Assembly (NCBI GenBank): GCA_965223905.1
Contig: CBDCXV010000001.1
Span: 1,568,001 to 1,632,000 of the forward strand
Source: Candidatus Latescibacterota bacterium
GTDB taxonomy: Bacteria > Latescibacterota > UBA2968 > UBA8231
Length of the DNA stretch: 64,000 nucleotides
Direction: 5' to 3'
This document shows, in pieces, positions 30,077 to 40,445 of this stretch; position 1 is the first letter of the stretch, and the number at the start of each line of letters is the position of its first letter. The notes below the pieces were generated by a model, which worked only from the letters and a program-made list of their open reading frames with translations, searched no databases and was not told where the DNA came from. The position numbers and the translations under genes are program-made.

Positions 30077-31508
30077 CACGCCATCGTCGTCCCTGCACTT
30101 CTTCGACGATTGGCGGCTGCGGCTGCGCGAGGGTTTCGACCGCGAGCAGGGGAGCCCCGAGCCGCTGCGCGAGATCCCGCTGGGCACCCGCCCGGAGCTC
30201 AAGATTCTGCGCGGCCTGGTCGGCACCCAGTACGATGAGCGCCGCGAGTGCTGGTTCAGTATCGTCGACTGTCACCCGGCCGACGGCAGCCCGCGGTTCG
30301 CGCTGCGCATGGAAACGGACGACCCCTGCCATTGGGAAGCGCCGGCGTGGTCGGAGGGCGGCGACCCGATCTGGCGCCGCACCGACAGCCTCGTGGTAGA
30401 TCAGTACGACGAGCCGATCGCCTGCTTCAACATCCTGCCGCTGGCCGGCACCCCGCACGAAGAGCGCGGCTATTTCATGAACATGTACCGCTACATCGCC
30501 GCCGACGGCACCCGAACTCCGGGCGCCGTCGCCTTCTCGCAGGATGGGTTCCGATTCGAAGTCGACGTGAACACCCGGTGGATCGACTATCTGAGCGACA
30601 CCGGAAATCCCACGATCTACGACCCCGTCATCGGCCAGTACCGCATCTACTGCCGGCCCCATTTCGTCGATCGGCGCGCCGCCATGCTGCTTTCACCGGA
30701 CCTGAACAGCTTTGGCGAGCCGACCGTCATCCTGCAGCCGGACGCATCGGACCCGCCAAACCGCGAGTTCTACGGCATCGAGCCGATACCCCTCGACGAC
30801 ATGTACGTTGCCCACCTGGCTGTTTACGATACCGAGCCTTCCGAAATCGAGTCGCCGGGCAAGATGCAGGGCACCACCCAGACCGAGCTCGCCTACAGTT
30901 ACAACGGCCAGAACTGGTACCGCGCCCGCCGCGAGCCGTTCCTGGCGCGCACCGGGGCGGGCAGCTTCTTCGGAGGCTCGGTCTATCCCTCCGCGCCGAT
31001 GCGCACGGCAGACGACCGCCTGCTTTTTCACTGTATGGGTCAGGGCGTTGAGCACGGCGCCCACGACGAAGAGATCCCGGAAGAGCGCCGCACCAAAGCG
31101 ACTGCCTGGAAGACGTTTCAGTACGAGATGCGCCTCGACGGTTGGAACTACCTGAGGACGCGGGCGAGGTACGGACGCATCCAGACGAAGGCCTTGATAC
31201 CCGCAGGCGGTCGGTTGATCGCCAATGTCCGCACCGCGCCCACCGGTGAGGCAAGGGCGGCGTTGCTCGACTACCGGACGCTGGAGCCGCTGCCCCACTA
31301 TACCCTGGACGAATGCGTGCCGATCAACGGCGACGCGGTGGCCGGGGTGGTGCGCTGGCAGGAACGGGAGGATCTCGAGGAGCTGAAGGACCGGCCCGTA
31401 ATACTGGAGGTGCAAGTGCGCGAGGGGGAGCTGTACTCGCTCCGCTTCGACTACCGCATGGCGGAGTTTACGTATACCGCTGAAGGGCCGGCGCTGCTGG
31501 AGAAATAG
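30069..31508 (+). CDS. GH32-like beta-propeller protein
   Basis: AFSQDG and LAYSYNGQNW blades, C-terminal RLDG...ELYS sandwich; overlaps the upstream stop. Confidence 0.6.
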   Translation: MTDTPSSSLHFFDDWRLRLREGFDREQGSPEPLREIPLGTRPELKILRGLVGTQYDERRECWFSIVDCHPADGSPRFALRMETDDPCHWEAPAWSEGGDPIWRRTDSLVVDQYDEPIACFNILPLAGTPHEERGYFMNMYRYIAADGTRTPGAVAFSQDGFRFEVDVNTRWIDYLSDTGNPTIYDPVIGQYRIYCRPHFVDRRAAMLLSPDLNSFGEPTVILQPDASDPPNREFYGIEPIPLDDMYVAHLAVYDTEPSEIESPGKMQGTTQTELAYSYNGQNWYRARREPFLARTGAGSFFGGSVYPSAPMRTADDRLLFHCMGQGVEHGAHDEEIPEERRTKATAWKTFQYEMRLDGWNYLRTRARYGRIQTKALIPAGGRLIANVRTAPTGEARAALLDYRTLEPLPHYTLDECVPINGDAVAGVVRWQEREDLEELKDRPVILEVQVREGELYSLRFDYRMAEFTYTAEGPALLEK

Positions 31509-31517
31509 CAGCGCCGG

Positions 31518-32324
31518 CTATGCGATCAGCCCCTTGAGATATCGAACCGCGTCCGCGGTGCTCTGCGGCCCCAGGTGCTCGGGGACGATCACCCCGTCGT
31601 ACTGGTTCTCCACCAGGGCGCGCACGCAGCGGGCCATGTCGACGTCGCCGCTTTCCAACGGCACCTCGTCGTGGTCCATCAGCCCCGGGCCGGTTCTGAC
31701 CTGGTTGCGGGCGTGGGCGAAGAAGATCCGGTCCATGCCCCAGGTCTCGGCCGGGGTGTGCGGCTCCTCGCCGATCAGCCACATCCCCTGGCAGTAGGTC
31801 ACCCCGTTGTTGGGACTGGGCGCCGCCTCCCAGATCGAGTGCACGACGTCGACCGCCCACAGGTGATTCCCCAGCCTGAGGCCGGCCTCGTCCGCGGCGG
31901 CGACCACCTCCCTGAAGAAGCCGATCACGGCCCCCCAGTCCTCGTCTCCCGGCATCACCATCAGGGGCCGGCCCTCGTGGTATTCGTTGAAGTGCAGGAA
32001 CCGGTCCAGCGGGTAGAAGAGGGAGGCGTCGATGCCGGCCCGCCCCGCGGCTCGAATGGTTTCGCAGAGAGCCTTGCGCTCCTCCGCGGCGGTCCCGAGC
32101 ACAACCTCCTGCGAGGGGGGCGCCAGTATCACCCCGGAGACGAGGACGTCCCTCGCCCGCAGCTCCTCGATGACCCGGGTGAACTCCCCGGCCGTCGCAT
32201 GGCCGCGCTCGTCGAATCCGGGGACCGTGTTGGCGCTGAGGAAGATCTCGTCGACGCCGCAGGCGCGGCACTCCGCGGCGACCTGGTCGGCGCTGCTGTA
32301 CCCCATGTGAATTCCGATTCTCAT
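31518..32324 (-). CDS. Sugar-phosphate isomerase / mannonate dehydratase-like TIM barrel
   Basis: RLGNH, YCQG, FAHARN, GDVDM and VPEH motifs. Confidence 0.75.
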   Translation of the reverse strand: MRIGIHMGYSSADQVAAECRACGVDEIFLSANTVPGFDERGHATAGEFTRVIEELRARDVLVSGVILAPPSQEVVLGTAAEERKALCETIRAAGRAGIDASLFYPLDRFLHFNEYHEGRPLMVMPGDEDWGAVIGFFREVVAAADEAGLRLGNHLWAVDVVHSIWEAAPSPNNGVTYCQGMWLIGEEPHTPAETWGMDRIFFAHARNQVRTGPGLMDHDEVPLESGDVDMARCVRALVENQYDGVIVPEHLGPQSTADAVRYLKGLIA

Positions 32325-32347
32325 ATGTTCCTCTCTTTCCGCGCCGG

Positions 32348-33313
32348 TCAGGCCGGCGACTCCTTGGAAACCGCCTGAATCAGGGCGATGATGTAGCCGA
32401 ACTGGAACGCCCACCCCTGCCGGACGCGGCCGGAAACACCCTCGGGCGCGACGTCGTCCGGGTGAACGGGGGAGTGGTCGGGCATCAACATGTACGGATA
32501 CCCGGTCCTGTGAAAGATCCTCGCCAGCTCGTGCATGTCGACGTCCCCTTCGTCCGGCCAGACCTCGACGAAGTCGCCGAGACCGCCGCGGATGTTACGG
32601 AAGTGGACGTTGAAGATCTTCCTTTTCGAGGAGAAGTACTCGACGATCGGCGGCAGCTCCTTCCCCGGGTCATCGAGACCTTCCGAGGCGACCCCGCAGC
32701 AGAAGTTGAACCCGTGGTACGGGCTGTCGACCAGCTCGCTGAACCGCTTGAGGCCCTCGAAGACCGGGTAGTTCCAGCGCTCCTCCCCGCGCAGCACCGG
32801 CGCCGGCGGGTCGGGAAGGTGGCAGGCCATCTGGACCCCGTACTCCTCGGCCACCGGGATCACCCCTTCCAGGAAGTACTGGATGCGGGCGAAGATTTCG
32901 TCGAGGTCGACGCGCCCGGCCTCGTGCGGCTCGTCGTTGTCGTACTTCGAGAACTCGAACGAGCTGTACCCCGACCCCCCGCGGCCGTAGCGCATCTCCG
33001 TCCGCTGGTATCCGACCGGAGTGAAGTTGTAGTTGAGGCCGCGCAGCCCGGCCTTTCCCGCGTTGGCGATCCAGCCGCGGATGGCGTCGATGTCGCGGTC
33101 CCGCTGCGGGTCGCGGGCAAACGGGATGCTTTCCGGCATCGGGATGTGGATCATTTCCAGCTCCACCCCCTCGGCCGCGGCCTCCTCCCGCTGCCTGACG
33201 ATCCGGTCGAGATCGTCGGGATCGATCGAGGTGTCCATGTGGGTGACGCCGTGACGCCTGAGGAACTCCAGCTCCGTCTTCGATGTTCCTATGCCCTGCA
33301 CTCCTACGTACAT
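32348..33313 (-). CDS. uxuA: Mannonate dehydratase
   Basis: YNF, IPVAEEYGVQMACHLPDPP, NFCCG, VHFRN, DEGDVDM and MPDH motifs. Confidence 0.85.
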   Translation of the reverse strand: MYVGVQGIGTSKTELEFLRRHGVTHMDTSIDPDDLDRIVRQREEAAAEGVELEMIHIPMPESIPFARDPQRDRDIDAIRGWIANAGKAGLRGLNYNFTPVGYQRTEMRYGRGGSGYSSFEFSKYDNDEPHEAGRVDLDEIFARIQYFLEGVIPVAEEYGVQMACHLPDPPAPVLRGEERWNYPVFEGLKRFSELVDSPYHGFNFCCGVASEGLDDPGKELPPIVEYFSSKRKIFNVHFRNIRGGLGDFVEVWPDEGDVDMHELARIFHRTGYPYMLMPDHSPVHPDDVAPEGVSGRVRQGWAFQFGYIIALIQAVSKESPA

Positions 33314-33584
33314 GCAAGTTGCTCCTTTTCTTCCTTAATGTGATGTCGCCCCAAGATCCCGATTTCAGGTGGTGCAGCCGTCATGTCGAGAGGCTCGCCT
33401 TGATACGCCCCCACGAGTCGTGCGCTGCCCCGGTGCCTCGGCTGCCGATGTCGTTCGACGGAAGCAGGATGCCATGGAGACCCGAAAATGTCACGACCCT
33501 CGTTTCCGGGGAAATCCGAATTGCCCCTCCGTCCATCGCCTCGGGGTGAAAAGAACGGCCTGGTCTCCTGGTGATCGAATCCCA

Positions 33585-35036
33585 TCAGACATTGTAGGAG
33601 GTCGACGCCGTAGTTCCCCCGCGGCCGGTCCAGTTGGTGTGGAAGAACTCGCCGCGGGGCCTGTCGACGCGCTCGTAGGTGTGGGCGCCGAAGTAGTCCC
33701 GCTGCGCCTGCAGCAGGTTGGCCGGCAGGATCTCGCTGCGGTAGCCGTCGTAGTAGGCCAGGGCGCTGCCGAAGGCCGGCACCGGCACTCCGAGCTGCAC
33801 CGCGGCAGCGACCACCCGGCGCCAGGATTCCTGGCTCTCGGCGAGGGCCGCGGAGAAATGGGGCGCCAGCAAAAGGTTGGCGAGGCCGGGGTCGGCGTCG
33901 AAGGCCTCCTTGATGCGCCCGAGAAAGCGCGCCCTGATGATGCAGCCGCCGCGCCACATCAAGGCGATGCTGCCGTAGTCGAGCGGCCATCCGTGCTCGG
34001 CCGCGGCGGCCCTGAGCAGCTGAAACCCCTGGGCGTAGGAGCAGATCTTGGAGGCGTACAGGGAGCGGCGCACGTCCTCGACGAAGGCGGCGGGGTCGCC
34101 GTCGAAACCGCGGTCCGCGCCCTTGAGAACCGCGGCCGCCCGCATCCGCTCTTCCTTGAGGGCGGAGAGGCAGCGGGCGAAGACCGCCTCGGTGATGGTC
34201 GCCGCGGGCGCCCCGAGCTGCAGCGCCTCGATCCCCGTCCACTTGCCCGTCCCTTTCTGTCCGGCCGTGTCGAGGATGACGTCGACCATCGGCCGCCCGG
34301 TCTCCTCGTCGGTGCGCGCCAGGATGTCGCCGGTGATCTCGATCAGGTAGCTGTCGAGCTCCCCCTGGTTCCACTGGCGGAAGACGGCGCTCATCTCCTG
34401 CGGGCTCATCTCGCAGACCCGGCGCAGCAGCGAGTAGGCCTCGCAGATCAGCTGCATGTCGCCGTACTCGATGCCGTTGTGGATCATCTTGACGTAATGG
34501 CCGGCCCCGTCCGGGCCGATCCAGTCGCAGCAGGGGGAGCCGCCGTCGACCTTGGCGGCGATGCCGCGGAAGATCTCGCGGACGTGCGGCCACGCCTTCT
34601 CGTTGCCGCCCGGCATGATGCTCGGTCCCTTGAGGGCCCCTTCCTCGCCGCCGGACACCCCGGTGCCGATGTAGAGGATCCCCTTTTGCGCGAGGTCGCG
34701 GGTCCGCCTCGTCGTGTCCCCGAAGTTCGAGTTGCCGCCGTCGATCAGGATGTCCCCCTTGTCGAGCAGGGGGAGGAACTCGGCGATCACCCTGTCGACC
34801 GCGGCCCCGGCCTGCACCATCAACATGACGCGGCGGGGGCGCGCGAGCCGGGAGACCAGCTCCGCGGGGGAGCGGGCGCCTAGGATCGGCAGACCCTTTG
34901 CCCTGCCCTCGAGAAAGGCGTCGACCTTGGAGGTGGTGCGGTTGTACACCGCCACGGTGAAGCCGTGATTGGCCATGTTCAGCACGAGGTTTTCCCCCAT
35001 TACCGCCAGTCCTGTGAGACCGATGTCGGCCTGCAT
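33585..35036 (-). CDS. gnd: NADP-dependent 6-phosphogluconate dehydrogenase
   Basis: [54 protein letters not shown]. Confidence 0.98.
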   Translation of the reverse strand: MQADIGLTGLAVMGENLVLNMANHGFTVAVYNRTTSKVDAFLEGRAKGLPILGARSPAELVSRLARPRRVMLMVQAGAAVDRVIAEFLPLLDKGDILIDGGNSNFGDTTRRTRDLAQKGILYIGTGVSGGEEGALKGPSIMPGGNEKAWPHVREIFRGIAAKVDGGSPCCDWIGPDGAGHYVKMIHNGIEYGDMQLICEAYSLLRRVCEMSPQEMSAVFRQWNQGELDSYLIEITGDILARTDEETGRPMVDVILDTAGQKGTGKWTGIEALQLGAPAATITEAVFARCLSALKEERMRAAAVLKGADRGFDGDPAAFVEDVRRSLYASKICSYAQGFQLLRAAAAEHGWPLDYGSIALMWRGGCIIRARFLGRIKEAFDADPGLANLLLAPHFSAALAESQESWRRVVAAAVQLGVPVPAFGSALAYYDGYRSEILPANLLQAQRDYFGAHTYERVDRPRGEFFHTNWTGRGGTTASTSYNV

Positions 35037-35069
35037 CCGCATTCCTTTCTGTTCAACCATTCTGGTCAT

Positions 35070-35239
35070 CAATCCGGCTCTTCATTGTGGCTGGGCGCGT
35101 AAGTAAGCGTACGAACGAGGGCGCCGAGGCGCCCTGCTTACCGGGGGTGTACGGCGAGCGAAGGCAACGCGGCGAGCCGGGATTGAGGGAAAAATCGCAC
35201 AGATGAAGGGTTTGGATTGAACCGCGATTTTTCCCTCAA
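35070..35239 (-). repeat. Palindromic MITE/REP-like element copy 2, with an adjacent 16-bp perfect inverted repeat
   Basis: Ends are CAATCCGGCT and AGCCGGGATTG; TTGAGGGAAAAATCGC (35183-35198) pairs with GCGATTTTTCCCTCAA (35224-35239). Confidence 0.65.
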
Positions 35240-35345
35240 GATGCAGCGGCAACCGGATTCACGCGGATTGCGCGCCCAGGCACCAGGTTGACGGGTTCCC
35301 CCTGGAGTTGCGCGAACCAGCAGCGACTACCGGCCACCCGGCCCC

Positions 35346-36485
35346 TCACGGCTCGAGATGCCAGAACAACCCGTTGACCGCCAGTTCATCCCCCCCGCCC
35401 GGATACCAGCCGTACACGGTGAGGAAATGGCGCGGCTCGAACTCGATGGTCGGGGTCGTGAACGAATGGCCCGGGGGGTCGGGCACGAGCGCGAACTTCT
35501 GCGCGGCGAGCAGCTCGTCGGTGCCCTCTGCGCTGCCGTCCTGCCAGGCGCCGGCCCCGTCCAGGCTGACGCGGGCGAGGACCCTGCGGTCCCGGTACCC
35601 GCCCGAGTGCGTGACAACGACGGTACGGCTGGGAGCGAAATAAACATTCCCGCGGTGTCCATACCAGTTGGTCCACCCCGCCGCCCTGAAGGTGCGGCCG
35701 GCGTCGGTCGATTCGAAAAGGACCCCCTGCTTGATCGCGGGCCCGGGATTCCCTGTTCTCGCCATGAACTCCTCCGGATCCTCGTTGGGGACGGACGGGC
35801 GCTGGCAGCGCGTCATCAGCAGGATGCGCTTCCCGTCGCCGGGATCGACGGCGAGATTGGACTCGTGGGGGTTGAGGAAGGGATCCACCCGGGCGGCATC
35901 CCCCCAGGTACGGCCGCGGTCGCTGCTGCGCAGGATCAGATCCCCGAAGAGATCTCCGGGCCGCCCGCCGTACGCCTCCCCGGAAGCAGAGGGGAAGCTG
36001 TCCGCGTAAGGAGGGGCGGGAACGACCGTCGTCGAGAACATCAGGGTGCCGTCGGGCAGCTCGACGAAGGTGCGGTTTCCGTCTTCGTGGAAGCAGAGGT
36101 CGGGAATGCCGGGCGGGATTGTGCTGAAGTCGGTGGCCGACCGCTGCCAGGTGACCCCTCCGTCCGCCGAGTGCGAGACGTGGAGGTCCTGGCCGTACAG
36201 ACCTCCGGGGTGCTCCCGGTCGGAACCGTGGCTCAGCCACAGGCGGCCGTCTCCGCCGATGCCGATGCCGTGCAGCACCTGCGGGTGGGCGAGATCCGGC
36301 ATCTCCACCGGGACGGGGATCCACGAACGGCCCCGGTCCGCGCTCCGGTAGAGGGGGCCGGTCTGGGTGTTGAGGTAGACGGCGCCATCCGGGTGCCGGG
36401 CCATGCTCATCATCGACCGCCTGAGTATCCCGGGCGGGACTATTTCAACTTCGCCGTCGAGGGCGACGGCAACCGGGCAGTTCAC
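35346..36485 (-). CDS. Sialidase/BNR (Asp-box) beta-propeller protein
   Basis: Asp boxes SADRGRSW, SADGGVTW, SSDRGRTW and STDAGRTF; strong RBS before GTG at 36485. Confidence 0.8.
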   Translation of the reverse strand: MNCPVAVALDGEVEIVPPGILRRSMMSMARHPDGAVYLNTQTGPLYRSADRGRSWIPVPVEMPDLAHPQVLHGIGIGGDGRLWLSHGSDREHPGGLYGQDLHVSHSADGGVTWQRSATDFSTIPPGIPDLCFHEDGNRTFVELPDGTLMFSTTVVPAPPYADSFPSASGEAYGGRPGDLFGDLILRSSDRGRTWGDAARVDPFLNPHESNLAVDPGDGKRILLMTRCQRPSVPNEDPEEFMARTGNPGPAIKQGVLFESTDAGRTFRAAGWTNWYGHRGNVYFAPSRTVVVTHSGGYRDRRVLARVSLDGAGAWQDGSAEGTDELLAAQKFALVPDPPGHSFTTPTIEFEPRHFLTVYGWYPGGGDELAVNGLFWHLEP

Positions 36486-36659
36486 CTCTCCTCCTCTCCT
36501 TCGCCGCGATCCATCGACACCGCTCGACGACAGGATGCTCGACTCCAGGCGCAACATCGCGCGGCGTTCCGCAACCCCCAGCTGCTCGGCGCCGACCTGA
36601 CGCTGGAAGGCTCCCCGGCGGGCGGAGAGGAGCTGGCGCGCATCCCTCGGGCCGCGGCC

Positions 36660-37747
36660 CTACTCGATGCGGTGGTCGAGGACGACTTCCCGGCGCTCGC
36701 GGGCCGACAGCTCGATCCCGCGGCACATGCGCACGATCCGCTTCCCCTCTTCGGCGGTCAGCCGCGGCTGCCTGCCGGCGGCGATGCAGTCGGCGAACTC
36801 GTTGCATCCGGCGACGAAGCTGGAGGACCAGTCGGTCTTCATGTCGGAGTAGCCGGTGGTCTCGCCGTCCCTGTAGACGACGACCGGGGGAGCGTCGAGC
36901 AGCTGCGCGCTGCAGCGGTTGACCCAGATGAAGCCGCGGCTGCCGGTTATCTCGAACCACTCGTCCTCCGGCACGTACTTCGACCGCACCAGCATCTCGT
37001 CCGCACCAGCATCTCGTCCGACTGCACCACCTCGAAGCTGCCGTACTTCTCCGCGTCAATGTACTTCCATATGACCACGGCCGGGCTGTCGATCTTCCAG
37101 CCGTGCTGGATCGTCGTGTGGCTGATCCAGGAGAAGACCTTCTCGACGTCGCCGAGGAAGAAGAAGGCCAGCGCGAAGATGTGGGAGCCGTAGTCGAGCA
37201 TGACGCGGCCGCCGCCCCCTTTCTCCGGATCGAAGCGCCAGGACCAGCGCTCGTACGGGATCTCCCACCCCTCCCGTGTTCCGAGGGTCACCTTCATGCG
37301 CATCGACAGCGGCTCTCCGATTGCCCCCGACTCGAGGATATTCCTGGCCCGTACCAGCGGCGGGTAGTACTGGAAGTTCTCGAAGGTGCGGAAGATCCCG
37401 TCCGCCCGGTCCGCCGCGGCGATCAACTCGTCGCATTCCGCCACGGTCACCGCCATCGGCTTCTGCATGGAGACGTGCTTGCCCGCGGCGAGGGCGTCGA
37501 CCCCTATGCGCGCGTGCAGGTGGTGGGGGGTGATGACGTCGACGGCGTCGACCTCGGGGTCGTCGAGCAGGTCGCGGTAGTCGGTGCAGGCCTTCGCCGC
37601 CCCCCATTGCGCGGCGCGCTCGCGGGCCCGCTCCCCGTTGACGTCGCAGACGGCGTGAAGGTTTGCGTTGGGGGCGTTGGCGTACCCGAGGGCGTGGAGC
37701 CTGGCGATGTTGCCGGCCCCGATGATGCCGACGCGGACCTTGCTCAT
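36660..37747 (-). pseudogene. Gfo/Idh/MocA oxidoreductase frameshifted by a 17-bp tandem duplication
   Basis: GIIGAGNIA, GKHVSMQKP and DYGSH motifs. CCGCACCAGCATCTCGT occurs twice at 36984-37017 and the C-terminus is in ORF 36660-36995. Confidence 0.88.
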
Positions 37748-37879
37748 GCCGGGATTACCGGGCCCGGCTGCCCCGGGAGAATCTCCCGTTCCCACTGGGC
37801 AGCCTGAGGTTGGGGCACCCGCCCCGGCGGCGCCCGCGGCTGCCCAAGCCAAGGCAGGCCGCCCCGCGGAAGCGGGTCC

Positions 37880-38668
37880 TCAAACCAAGTACTCCCCAGG
37901 GATCCGCGAACCCTTGTACTCCCCCTCCGGGTCGCGGCTTGCGATGACCTCTGGGATCTCCTCCTCCCAGTTGTCCGGCACCGTCAGCGGCCGCCGGTGC
38001 CAGGCCAGGATCAGGGTGCGGCGCACATCGGTCAGGTTGCGGTGCGCCGAGTGCAGGAGGCGGGCGTCGGCGATGGTCAGCGACCCGGCCTTCACCATCA
38101 CGTCCAACTGGTCGGGGTGGTCGCTGAACATCACCGGGTGGTCCTCGTCGATGAAGCGGGCCCCCTGCTCGTGGGCCGGCACCAGCTCATCGTGCAGCTC
38201 GTGGCGTTTGAGGTGCGACCCGGGGATCACCTTGAGGCAGCCGTTCTCGACCGAGGTGTCGGACAGGTAGTACGACAGGAACACGATCTGCGGCCACGGG
38301 GAGCAGCTGAACGGGTCGTTCCACTGCATCCAGTCCTGGTGCCAGTAGAGGGCCGGCTCCCCGGGATCCTTGGTCAGGATGATGATGCCCCCGGTGCTCT
38401 CGAAGTCGCCGAAGCCGAGCTGCTCCAGCACCCGCCGCGAGGCCGGCCACTCGAGCAGCCGCCGGATGACCTCGTTGTCGCTGCCCTGGGCGACGACGTG
38501 CTGCCCCTGGTAGCGGAACTCCTCGGCCATGACGTGGTGCTCCATCAGCCGGTCCGACTCGGCGCGCAGCTCCTGCAGGAATTCATCCGTCAGCACATCG
38601 TCGACCACGCAGCAGCCGTCGCCGATCATCTGCCGGCGCTTCGCCGCGGCCTCTTCCGGTGTCATCAT
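37880..38668 (-). CDS. Phytanoyl-CoA dioxygenase (PhyH) family
   Basis: WHQD, NGCLKVIPGSH and LLHSA motifs. Confidence 0.9.
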   Translation of the reverse strand: MMTPEEAAAKRRQMIGDGCCVVDDVLTDEFLQELRAESDRLMEHHVMAEEFRYQGQHVVAQGSDNEVIRRLLEWPASRRVLEQLGFGDFESTGGIIILTKDPGEPALYWHQDWMQWNDPFSCSPWPQIVFLSYYLSDTSVENGCLKVIPGSHLKRHELHDELVPAHEQGARFIDEDHPVMFSDHPDQLDVMVKAGSLTIADARLLHSAHRNLTDVRRTLILAWHRRPLTVPDNWEEEIPEVIASRDPEGEYKGSRIPGEYLV

Positions 38669-38791
38669 CAAGCTCTCCTTCCCGGTTCGGTTTCGGGGGC
38701 TCAAAATCGCCATTTGCAGCGGCGCAAACCAGCGGGGATATTTGCCGCATCAGCCACGAAAAACCTCCACCCGACACCGGAGAAACCCGTC

Positions 38792-40429
38792 ATGCCCTCT
38801 TCCCGGACCGAGGCCGTCCTGCTCGACGACGAGCAGGTGCGCAGCTACATCGCCAACGGCTACATCCGAATCGACCTCTCCGTGCCCGCCGAGGTGCACG
38901 AGTCGATCGCCGTCAAGCTCGACCGCATGCTCGAGCTGGGACCGAACCTCGGCAACAACGTGCTGCCCCATACCCCGGAGTTCCGCCACGTCCTCAACTC
39001 GCCGGAGGTGCGCGGGGCGCTGAGCAGCCTGCTCGGACCGGACTACATCGAGCACCCGCACCGGTACTGCCACAACATGGCCCCCTTGGACGAGGCCCCC
39101 GAGGACATCGCCGCGGCGGTCGGCAAGCGCTGCCACCAGGATTCGTACACGCCGATGTCGCGGCCGCGGCAGCACTACCCGCGCTACGCCCGCATCATCT
39201 ACTACCCCCGGGCCACGCCGGAGAAGCACGGGCCGACGCACGTCACCCCGGGCTCGCAGTTCCACAAGACGGTTACCGACGAGGACCGCGCCGCGGCCCT
39301 CCCGATGGAGGGGCCGGCCGGCTCCCTGTGGATCACCCACTTCGACGTCATCCACGGCGCCGGGATCAACCTGTCGGACCGGACGCGGCACATGATCAAG
39401 TTCATCTACCTGCGCCGCGGCGGGCTGAAGGGTCCTGCCTGGAAGTGCCAGGACATCCAGTGGAAGACCCCTGAGGGCCTGCAGGCGCCGTGGGATCTCG
39501 AGGTCGCTTGGTCGCACATGTGGGACTGGATGTGCGGAAAGGAGGACCGCTGGGACAGCTTCAGGTCCGCACACGGGACCGGGAACGGCAACGGCGAGGA
39601 CCTCGCCGCAGCCCTGGAAGGGGACCGGCCCACCGCCGAGATGCTGGCCGCCATCCGCCGGGCCGCTGCCCTGGGTCCGCGCGCCGCCGGGGCGGTGCCG
39701 GCCCTGATCGGACTCCTGAAACCGGGGCACCAGGCGGTGCGCGCCGCGGCCACCTACGCGTTGGGCGCCATCGGGGAGCCCGCGGTTCCCGGGCTGGTTT
39801 CGAGACTGGAGGAGGCCGGACGCCGCGGCTGGGTCGAGGGGGAGCCGGCTACCTGGGGGGAGGGAACCGTGCAGATGATGGACGAGGCCCACGCCCTCGG
39901 GGCCGTCGGCAAGCCCGCGGTCGCCGCGCTGACCGGGCTGCTCGAGTCCGCCGGGGAGTGGGGGCGGATCAACGCCGCCTTCGCGCTCGGGGAGATGGAC
40001 TCGAGGGCCGCCGAGGCGGTGCCGGCCCTGAGCCGCTGCCTCGAGGACGACTCGCACCGCATCGTGCGCACCGCCATCGACGCCCTCGGCATGATCGGGG
40101 AGGACCCCGGCCGCTACCTGCCGCGCCTGCGCCGGTTTCTCGTCGAAACCCGCCCCGACTGGGGGGAGGTGCTGACCGGAAAGCGGGCCTGGATCGCGCG
40201 CGACCAGGTGCGCGTGAACGCCGCCACCGCCATGGCCCGCCTGGGGGCGCAGGCCGGCTCGGCCGAGGAGGAGCTGGTGCAGGCGCTCGACGACCCCTGC
40301 GGCTACGTCGGGCTGGTGGCGACCGACGCCCTGCGGCAACTCGGCTCGCCGAGCGCCAACCAGGCGGTGACCGACCTGGTCATGGCCCAGCGCTGGGACT
40401 CCTCCCTGTACCCCGAGCGGCCCTGGTAA
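38792..40429 (+). CDS. PhyH dioxygenase fused to HEAT repeats
   Basis: CHQD, GPTHVTPGSQ, IHGAG.N, followed by VRAAATYALG, RINAAFALG and VRVNAATAMA repeats. Confidence 0.88.
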   Translation: MPSSRTEAVLLDDEQVRSYIANGYIRIDLSVPAEVHESIAVKLDRMLELGPNLGNNVLPHTPEFRHVLNSPEVRGALSSLLGPDYIEHPHRYCHNMAPLDEAPEDIAAAVGKRCHQDSYTPMSRPRQHYPRYARIIYYPRATPEKHGPTHVTPGSQFHKTVTDEDRAAALPMEGPAGSLWITHFDVIHGAGINLSDRTRHMIKFIYLRRGGLKGPAWKCQDIQWKTPEGLQAPWDLEVAWSHMWDWMCGKEDRWDSFRSAHGTGNGNGEDLAAALEGDRPTAEMLAAIRRAAALGPRAAGAVPALIGLLKPGHQAVRAAATYALGAIGEPAVPGLVSRLEEAGRRGWVEGEPATWGEGTVQMMDEAHALGAVGKPAVAALTGLLESAGEWGRINAAFALGEMDSRAAEAVPALSRCLEDDSHRIVRTAIDALGMIGEDPGRYLPRLRRFLVETRPDWGEVLTGKRAWIARDQVRVNAATAMARLGAQAGSAEEELVQALDDPCGYVGLVATDALRQLGSPSANQAVTDLVMAQRWDSSLYPERPW

Positions 40430-40445
40430 GCGGGCGGAGGCCGAA

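Noticed and set aside
37997-38791. 265-aa N-terminal extension of the 810-aa ORF
   Set aside because: It overlaps the opposite-strand PhyH gene; the likely start is ATG 38792.
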